From contig DATBYL010000308.1 in assembly GCA_036513735.1 (NCBI GenBank), positions 1-33,175 on the forward strand: DNA of 33,175 nt, written 5' to 3'. The DNA is from Candidatus Acidiferrales bacterium (lineage in GTDB: Bacteria > Acidobacteriota > Terriglobia > Acidiferrales > UBA7541). Positions 27,440 through 33,175 of the stretch are shown in pieces. The notes beneath the pieces are model-generated. The model ran no database searches, had not been told where the DNA came from, and saw only the letters and a list, made by a program, of their open reading frames with translations. Numbering within the stretch: the stretch's first letter is position 1; the number at the start of each line of letters is the position of its first letter. The position numbers were made by a program, and so were the translations under genes.

Positions 27440-27518
27440 CTTGTTACTTTTCCCCACCACCCTTCATCACATCCGCCATGCAAGATTTCGTGTACACTCC
27501 AATCAATCGAAGCCAACT

Positions 27519-28046
27519 ATGAATCTCAAAACGACTCGCGCCAAAATCGTAACCATAATAATTTTTGCCGCACTCACGTTCACCGTGTCAATCGCCCAAA
27601 CAAAAACAAATCCATCAACCACATCTCAGAAAGCGGCCAATGTGTCCAAACACGCCACAGGAACTTTTGACGTCAAGCTAAGCGTTCAGACCGACGACAA
27701 AGTCGGCGATCCCTCAGTCGGCCGAATGTCCATTGATAAGGTTTTCCATGGTGATCTGGAAGCCACCAGCAAAGGACAAATGCTCAGCACTATCACCGAA
27801 GTAAAAGGCTCTGCAGGCTATGTCGCAATCGAACGTGTCACCGGCACGCTGCAAGGCCACGCAGGCAGCTTTTCCCTCCAGCACAACGCCACCATGAATC
27901 GCGGCGTCCCAGAACTGAACGTCATCGTGATTCCCGATTCCGGCACAGGCCAACTCGTCGGCCTCACCGGCAAACTAAACATCATCATCACCGACGGTAA
28001 ACATTCCTACGAGTTCGATTACACTCTTCCCGACTCTCCGAAATAA
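27519..28046 (+). CDS. Secreted DUF3224-like protein
   Basis: The track ORF starts at 27348. I prefer the ATG at 27519, which gives MNLKTTRAKIVTIIIFAALTFTVSIAQ (signal peptide). The body (GTFDVKL...KVFHGDLEATSKGQML...GTLQGHAGSFSLQHNATM...VIPDSGTGQLVGLTGK...GKHSYEFDYTL) matches my memory of the DUF3224 pattern. Confidence 0.7.
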   Translation: MNLKTTRAKIVTIIIFAALTFTVSIAQTKTNPSTTSQKAANVSKHATGTFDVKLSVQTDDKVGDPSVGRMSIDKVFHGDLEATSKGQMLSTITEVKGSAGYVAIERVTGTLQGHAGSFSLQHNATMNRGVPELNVIVIPDSGTGQLVGLTGKLNIIITDGKHSYEFDYTLPDSPK

Positions 28047-28066
28047 GTGCCCCCAGACAATTTACC

Positions 28067-28087
28067 CGAGGCCCGCCCCGGGCCTCG
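28067..28087 (+). terminator. GC-rich hairpin downstream of the DUF3224 gene (no U tract)
   Basis: CGAGGCCCG ccc CGGGCCTCG, a 9-bp stem lying 20 nt after the stop codon. Confidence 0.4.
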
Positions 28088-28320
28088 CAGGCTCCAAATC
28101 GGCACAAATCATCATATTTGGCCGAAAAATACGTCTTTTTAGCCAATCGTTAAAATCAATTCACGAAATATTGTTCAATACTGCACAGACTTGCCCTCTC
28201 CTTTCACGCCAAACTGTGTCTCTTACGCGGTAGCTATTTCCCTCTTCGCACCACAGTAGTAGTTCGGAACGAAAGTGGGCACTCCACCCAGCGCGCCCAC
28301 GAAAGCAGCCCGAAGAAATT

Positions 28321-29004
28321 ATGAGAAGCGAAGCTCACTTATTAAATCAACGAGGTGAATCAGTGAATAGCGAACGCCGACTCCGTTCCGTCGAGCGAAA
28401 TCTGGAAAGCCCATCTGATCGCGAAGTGAATGACACCGCGAAAGAAGCAGCTCTAGTGCGCCGGGCGCAAAGTGGTGATCAAATGGCATTTTCGCATTTG
28501 GTCCAACCCTATATGCGGCTCGCATATCACGTCGCGCTGCGAATCACCGGCAATCGCGAAGACGCGGAAGATGCATCTCAGCAAAGTTTATTGAAAGCGT
28601 TTATGCGCCTGGATCAATTCAACGGCGAATCTCTTTTTTCCACGTGGCTCACGCGCATTGCCATCAATGAAGCGCTGATGAAAGTTCGCAAGCGCCGGTC
28701 GGAAGATACTCATTTGCTTCACGAAACTCACGCCGATCAGGAAACAAGTCCTGTCGATATGTTGCACGCGGGCGAAGACGTTCATCCCGAATTGTTGTAC
28801 GTGAAATGGGAAAAACAGCGCCTGCTACGGCAAGCCATCGACGAATTGCAAGGCACTTCACGCGCCGTCGTCTGGATGCTTGGAATGCAGGAACGAAAAA
28901 CAAAAGAAACGGCAAGACTTTTGAACTTATCTGAATCCGCCGTAAAATCGAGGTTTTTGCGCGCTCGCCAACAACTGCGCGAAAGTCTCGCGGATCGAAT
29001 TTAA
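28321..29004 (+). CDS. ECF-type sigma-70 family RNA polymerase sigma factor
   Basis: Region 2 reads LVRRAQSGDQMAFSHLVQPYMRLAYHVALRITGNREDAEDASQQSLLKAFMRLDQF...FSTWLTRIAINEALMKVRKRR. Region 4 reads RAVVWMLGMQERKTKETARLLNLSESAVKSRFLRARQQLRE. The start is uncertain. The ATG at 28321 gives a leader of about 45 aa before region 2. The GTG at 28363 follows GAGGTGAATCA and is a good alternative. Confidence 0.85.
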   Translation: MRSEAHLLNQRGESVNSERRLRSVERNLESPSDREVNDTAKEAALVRRAQSGDQMAFSHLVQPYMRLAYHVALRITGNREDAEDASQQSLLKAFMRLDQFNGESLFSTWLTRIAINEALMKVRKRRSEDTHLLHETHADQETSPVDMLHAGEDVHPELLYVKWEKQRLLRQAIDELQGTSRAVVWMLGMQERKTKETARLLNLSESAVKSRFLRARQQLRESLADRI

Positions 29005-29044
29005 TCCAGCGAATCCAATCGCAGCTGGATTTCATCTGACAAAT

Positions 29045-30331
29045 GTGACGTTCAACAACGGCTTCGGCATAAAGAAACTGCGAGCAGTTGCGCTAATCGC
29101 GATTCTTCTGTGTTTTACGCCACAAATTTCGCATGCGTATTCAGTCCTCACTCACGAAGCAATTATTGATTCCGCGTGGACCGACGTAATTCAGCCCGCG
29201 CTTCTCAAGCGATTCCCTGCTTCCACTCCCGACGACCTGAAAAATGCGCACGCCTTCGCGTACGGTGGAGCGATTATTCAGGACATGGGTTATTACCCCG
29301 GCGGAAGTAAATTCTTCAGCGATCTGGTGCATTACGTTCGCAGCGGAACATTCGTGGAAAATCTTTTGCGCGATTCCAGTAATTTAAATGAATACGCTTT
29401 TGCGATGGGCGCGATGTCCCATTATTGCTCGGACAATAACGGCCACAACCTAGCCGTAAATCGCGCGGTGCCGATTCTCTATCCGAGGTTAAAGAAAAGG
29501 TTTGGCGACGTTGTTACCTACGATCAAAATCCCGCAGCACATTTGAAAACGGAATTCGGTTTCGACGTAATTCAAGTAGCGCGAGGACATTACGCTTCAG
29601 AGGCATATCACGATGACATTGGATTTCAAGTTGCAAATGATTTACTCGCGAAAGCATTCCAGGAAACTTACGGCCTGGAATTGAAAACACTGTTCCCGAA
29701 TTACGACAGCACCATCGGAACATTTCGCTATGCGGTTAGCAGCCTGATTCCCAAAATGACGGTGGTCGCGTGGCAGGTCAAGAAAGATGATATTCAGAAA
29801 AACACGCCGGGGCTGACCCGCGATAAATTCATTTACAACATTTCCCGCTCCAGCTACGAAAAAGATTGGAGCAATAAATATAAGAAGCCCGGATTCGGCA
29901 CACAGCTTTTGGCGCTTCTCGTGCGGATAATTCCGAAAGTCGGACCATTCAAAGCTCTGGCGTTTCACGCTCCAACTCCACCAACGGAAACATTATTCAT
30001 GGCGAGTTTCAATTCCACGCTGGTAAATTACAAACAGATGGTCACCGACGAATCCGCAAACGGGCACGCTCCTCTTAAAGACGATAATTTCGACACTGGA
30101 ACTGTGACTGGACCGGGAGATTATCCGCTAGCCGATCACGCGTACGCAAAACTCGTCGACGAATTAAGTGAAAATCATTTCGCGGGAGTAACACCGGATT
30201 TACGCGCCGTAATCCTCGCGTACTACGCCGACTTGAACGCGCCATTTGCTACGAAGAAAAATAAGAAAACGTGGGCAGCGCTTGTCGTGAAGATCGACGA
30301 ACTAAAAACCGCATCGCCGGCCGCCGACTAA
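29045..30331 (+). CDS. Secreted zinc-dependent phospholipase C-like family protein
   Basis: 428 aa with a GTG start and the signal ...LIAILLCFTPQISHA|YSVLTHEAIIDSAW. His/Asp-rich motifs are THEAI, GAIIQDMGYYP, SDLVHY and GAMSHYCSDNNGH, as in the zinc PLC/S1-P1-like fold family. Confidence 0.7.
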   Translation: MTFNNGFGIKKLRAVALIAILLCFTPQISHAYSVLTHEAIIDSAWTDVIQPALLKRFPASTPDDLKNAHAFAYGGAIIQDMGYYPGGSKFFSDLVHYVRSGTFVENLLRDSSNLNEYAFAMGAMSHYCSDNNGHNLAVNRAVPILYPRLKKRFGDVVTYDQNPAAHLKTEFGFDVIQVARGHYASEAYHDDIGFQVANDLLAKAFQETYGLELKTLFPNYDSTIGTFRYAVSSLIPKMTVVAWQVKKDDIQKNTPGLTRDKFIYNISRSSYEKDWSNKYKKPGFGTQLLALLVRIIPKVGPFKALAFHAPTPPTETLFMASFNSTLVNYKQMVTDESANGHAPLKDDNFDTGTVTGPGDYPLADHAYAKLVDELSENHFAGVTPDLRAVILAYYADLNAPFATKKNKKTWAALVVKIDELKTASPAAD

Positions 30332-30495
30332 AGCACGCCATCTGTTCTGTCCCAAAACCAAATAAATTTTCCGTGTGCGTTTTTAGTTTTTATGATAAGC
30401 AGGGCAACTGTGGCGACTGATAACTGGCAATCGCTGCGTGGAAAATTCTTTATGCCAATTCCTGAGTCATAAATCCAACTAAGGAGGAAATAAAC

Positions 30496-31047
30496 GTGAG
30501 CGAGACTTCTGCAGGAACAATCGTGAAAACTTCTTTGGGATGGTCAATTGCTCTCAGCGTGGTGATGATTATCTGCGGTCTGCTTGCCGTCGCATTGCCT
30601 CAGCTTGGCGGAATCGCGGTGAGCTTATTGATCGCGTGGCTGCTGCTTTTCGTTGGCGCAACTCACTTCTTGTTTGGCTGGCACGCGCGCAGCGCGGGTG
30701 GAATTGCGTGGCACATATTTCTGGGAATTCTTGATATCGCCGTCGGCGCGTATATTTTGGTTCGTCCCGTCGCCGGGTTGGTAACGTTCACTCTGATCCT
30801 GGCGATCTATCTGGTGATCCGCGGAATCATGGAATTTATCTTGTCGTTTTCCGTGCGTCCCATGCCCGGCTCGGGCTGGCTGCTGTTCGATGGACTGATC
30901 AGCATAATTCTCGGCGCCTTGATCTGGAAAACATGGCCGTCGAGCACCGAATGGGCAATCGGCACACTGGTGGGAATCAGCATGTTTTTTGCGGGATTCT
31001 CGCGGTTGATGATTTCGATGGCAGCGCGGCGGGCGGTAACGCACTAA
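30496..31047 (+). CDS. HdeD-family (DUF308) membrane protein
   Basis: 183 aa with a GTG start 7 nt after AAGGAGG. It has six hydrophobic segments with repeated G-rich helices (LLFVGATHFLFGW, GILDIAVGAYILVRP, GIMEFILSF, SIILGALIW). Confidence 0.75.
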   Translation: MSETSAGTIVKTSLGWSIALSVVMIICGLLAVALPQLGGIAVSLLIAWLLLFVGATHFLFGWHARSAGGIAWHIFLGILDIAVGAYILVRPVAGLVTFTLILAIYLVIRGIMEFILSFSVRPMPGSGWLLFDGLISIILGALIWKTWPSSTEWAIGTLVGISMFFAGFSRLMISMAARRAVTH

Positions 31048-31075
31048 GTTCAGTTTTTGCGCGGAATCATTTCGG

Positions 31076-32407
31076 TCAATGGCTGGTGAAAAATAATCCG
31101 AGTGATGCGAACAGCATCACCACGGTCGCCAGCCATCCAACCCAGCGAAGATACGGCGGCAAAATAAATTTGCCCATGATTTTCGGATTGTGGGTGAGAA
31201 TCATCATAATGACCATCACCGGAACGGCGACGATGCCGTTGATTACGGCCGACCAGAACAACGCCTTCATGGGATTGATGTGCGCGAACGTGAGCGCAAT
31301 TCCAATGCATGTCGCAACGCCAATCGTGAAGTAAAAACGCCCAGCTTGTCTTGGTTTTTTCTGCAGGCTCGCCGTCCAACCGAAGGCTTCGCTTACTCCG
31401 TAAGCGGCGGAGCCTGCGAGAACGGGCACGGCGAGAAGTCCTGTTCCAATAATTCCGAGCGCAAAAACTATAAATGCGAACCTTCCGGCTAACGGCTCGA
31501 GCGCTTTTGCAGCCTGGCTTGCAGTTTGAATATCCAAAATGCCGTGAGCGTGAAGCGTGGCGGCAGCAGTGAGAATCACGAAGAACGCCACTAAGTTTGA
31601 AACCGCCATTCCAAAATAAGTGTCGAATCGGATTCGCTGAAGCTGCACGGGCCCTTGTTCCGGAGCCACGAGAAGCGGCTTCTGCACGGTGTGCGTGCAG
31701 ACTTCTTCAACTTCCTCCGAAGCTTGCCAGAAAAATAAATAAGGACTGATGGTGGTGCCGAGAACCGCGATCAGCGCGGTGAAATATTCCCGATGAAAAG
31801 AAATTGACGGAAGAAATGTGGCGTGAAGCGCGGCGAGTTTCGGCTCCCTCATCACAACTGAAGTGATGACGTATGCAAAAAGCACGAGAGTGAGCCACTT
31901 CAAATAATGTACGTAACGCGAATACGGCACAAGAATCTGCAGTAGCAAGGAAATCGCGCCAAAAATTAAAACGTACAATCCAGTTGGACCGGGCAGCAAT
32001 AAATTTGCGACGGCGCCCATCGCATCAATATCCGCGCCGAGGTTGCAGATGTTCGCGATCAGCAGCAACGCCACAATCACATACAGCACGGACTTGGAAT
32101 AATGTCGGCGAATATTTGAGGCGATGCCCGCACCTGTGACGCGTCCGATTCGCGCGCTGATTTCCTGAATGACGGACATCAGTGGATACGAAAAAACTAC
32201 GGTCCACAACATTCCGTAGCCGAACTGCGCGCCGACCTGAGAATAGGTGCCGATTCCGCTAGGATCATCGTCGGCGGCTCCGGTGATCAAACCGGGGCCG
32301 AGCCGCCCGAGAATTCTCCTGAAAAAAGAGCTGGGTGGATTTTGTAATTTCTTCGTGGGGCGAAAGGATTGTGTTTTGGCCAAGTTAAATCGCGCCTCGC
32401 GGAACAT
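31076..32407 (-). CDS. NRAMP-related (SLC11-like) cation transporter, non-canonical metal-site motifs
   Basis: The track ORF extends to a TTG at 32464. The first ATG is at 32407 (MFREARF...). The protein aligns with MntH TM1 and TM6. [32 protein letters not shown] corresponds to MntH [40 protein letters not shown] corresponds to LGATIMPHVIYL. Confidence 0.8.
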   Translation of the reverse strand: [443 protein letters not shown]

Positions 32408-32572
32408 CTGGTTGTATGATGTCGGCAAGCGTGAAGAGTTTCGCGGTGCGGGCGTTGATTGCAATCTCTGAGCGCGACCGCAGCAGTGCTTGCAGCATCA
32501 AACGCACGCATCGAATTACCCGCGCGAGATTTCCGATCAATTAGAGTTTTTTAGAAATAGGAGGCAATTCAA

Positions 32573-32725
32573 ATGAACGACACAAAGAAATGCGCTCATC
32601 CAAATTGTAGCTGCAAGGCCGATGCTGACAGCAAATATTGCAGCGCCGCATGTGCGGCGGTGGAAGATATGCCGGATATTGATTGCCGTTGCGGGCACCC
32701 GGGTTGCGCGGGGAAAGCGCACTAG
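32573..32725 (+). CDS. SmtA/BmtA-like bacterial metallothionein (50 aa)
   Basis: This ORF is not in the ORF track because it is shorter than 60 aa. AGGAGG lies 8 nt upstream of the ATG at 32573. Translation: MNDTKKCAHPNCSCKADADSKYCSAACAAVEDMPDIDCRCGHPGCAGKAH, stop TAG at 32723-32725. It has 8 Cys and 3 His. The pattern KCA(H)xxCxC...YCSxxCA...CxCGHxGC parallels Synechococcus SmtA (KCACEPCLC...YYCSEACA...CGHTGCNC). Confidence 0.7.
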   Translation: MNDTKKCAHPNCSCKADADSKYCSAACAAVEDMPDIDCRCGHPGCAGKAH

Positions 32726-32744
32726 GACCTCGGGAAAAAGATTT

Positions 32745-32766
32745 GTACCGACAGGAGTGTCGGTGC
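32745..32766. terminator. Hairpin between convergent genes
   Basis: ACCGACA ggag TGTCGGT (a 7-bp perfect stem, 8 of 9 if extended). It lies between the metallothionein stop and the monooxygenase stop. The flanking A/T tracts are weak. Confidence 0.4.
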
Positions 32767-32803
32767 TACTAAGCCCGCTTGCGTTTACCCAGCAGCAGAA
32801 TGG

Positions 32804-33175
32804 CTAACTCGATGAGCGGAGGTTGTGCTTCTCGAGGTAGGCGGCGATTGATTTGGCGGAGCCGTGCAGATCGATCATGCCGATGTAGCCGTCCGGACGA
32901 ATCAAATATATCGCGTGACACTGCAAGCCTGCACGAGCCATTTCCGGATACCACGGGAAAACATGCAGAGGAATTTTCCGTGCGTCGCAGACTTTTTTGA
33001 CGTCTGGTGCAGCATCGCCATACGCATGGACTTGCCAATCGAGCGACGTGAGCGGCGCGAAATTATCTTTATCGGCGGCGTTCGACTGAATTTTCACCCA
33101 CGGCAAGCGATCTCCACCGTGAACGCATCGGGCGCGTCCCTCGCTTAACGAGCTCCCACGATAATTTATCTGCGT
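32804..33175 (-). CDS. FAD-dependent aromatic-ring monooxygenase, C-terminal part only (the N-terminus is outside the window)
   Basis: The track lists 32804-33106 from a TTG, but the frame stays open to the window end (TQINYRGSSLSEGRARCVHGGDRLPW...). The tail ...HAIYLIRPDGYIGMI... is the typical C-terminal LxRPDGYxxW-like motif of PheA/TfdB-type FAD monooxygenases. Confidence 0.6.
   Translation of the reverse strand, partial: TQINYRGSSLSEGRARCVHGGDRLPWVKIQSNAADKDNFAPLTSLDWQVHAYGDAAPDVKKVCDARKIPLHVFPWYPEMARAGLQCHAIYLIRPDGYIGMIDLHGSAKSIAAYLEKHNLRSSS

Noticed and set aside
28266-28290. GGAAC at 28266-28270 as the -35 element of an autoregulated ECF promoter upstream of the sigma gene.
   Set aside because: No CGT-type -10 element lies at the expected 16-17 nt spacing (the downstream sequence is ...CACTCCACCCAGCGCG). 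A lone pentamer is not evidence.
32408-32572. Possible Mn2+ (yybP-ykoY) riboswitch or Fur/MntR/Zur box in the NRAMP/metallothionein divergent region.
   Set aside because: I found no GGGGAGUAG-type yybP-ykoY core on the NRAMP leader strand, and no convincing AT-rich palindrome resembling Fur, Zur or MntR boxes. The region stays unassigned.
32537-32807. Track ORFs 32537-32722 (minus strand, 61 aa) and 32622-32807 (plus strand, 61 aa).
   Set aside because: Both overlap the SD-preceded metallothionein-like ORF. They lack an SD and have non-protein-like composition. The plus-strand ORF also runs through the hairpin and into the convergent monooxygenase gene.

Overview
This is a 33.2-kb chromosomal segment with about 52-58% G+C over most of its length and a visibly AT-richer part from about 27.4 kb onward. 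The gene content suggests an Acidobacteriota-like soil bacterium, because there is a VWA protein with the acidobacterial N-terminal domain, several secreted peptidases, an OPT transporter and CTCTGCG-type intergenic repeats. That taxonomic placement is an inference.

The left two thirds is mostly housekeeping:
- A secreted M28 (GCPII-like) peptidase, partial at the window edge.
- A metallophosphoesterase, a guanine deaminase and an O-methyltransferase.
- A HisC-like aminotransferase with a Tat signal.
- rpsU followed by a zinc-ribbon protein.
- A tightly packed glgC-eno-gpmI-2-hydroxyacid dehydrogenase operon.
- A VWA protein, then an M20 peptidase coupled to pyk.
- A rhomboid protease and an OPT transporter.

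The right third is accessory:
- Three tandem secreted paralogs with a DUF3857/transglutaminase-fold/DUF3858-like architecture.
- A hypothetical anchored protein and a 620-bp repeat-rich non-coding stretch.
- A DUF3224 protein, an ECF sigma factor with no visible anti-sigma gene, and a zinc phospholipase-C-like protein.
- HdeD, a non-canonical NRAMP-related transporter, an SmtA/BmtA-like metallothionein small ORF of 50 aa (below the ORF-track cutoff), and the 3' part of an FAD monooxygenase.

I found no tRNA, rRNA, CRISPR array, transposase, integrase or recognisable defence genes.

The most notable items are:
1. The three-gene transglutaminase-fold array. Only the last member keeps the Cys-His-Asp triad.
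2. Two perfect palindromic parS-consensus sites 45 bp apart between pyk and the rhomboid gene.
3. The hidden metallothionein ORF, which is divergent from the atypical NRAMP gene.

I cannot show from sequence alone that any of these is a new system. The transglutaminase-fold array is the best candidate.
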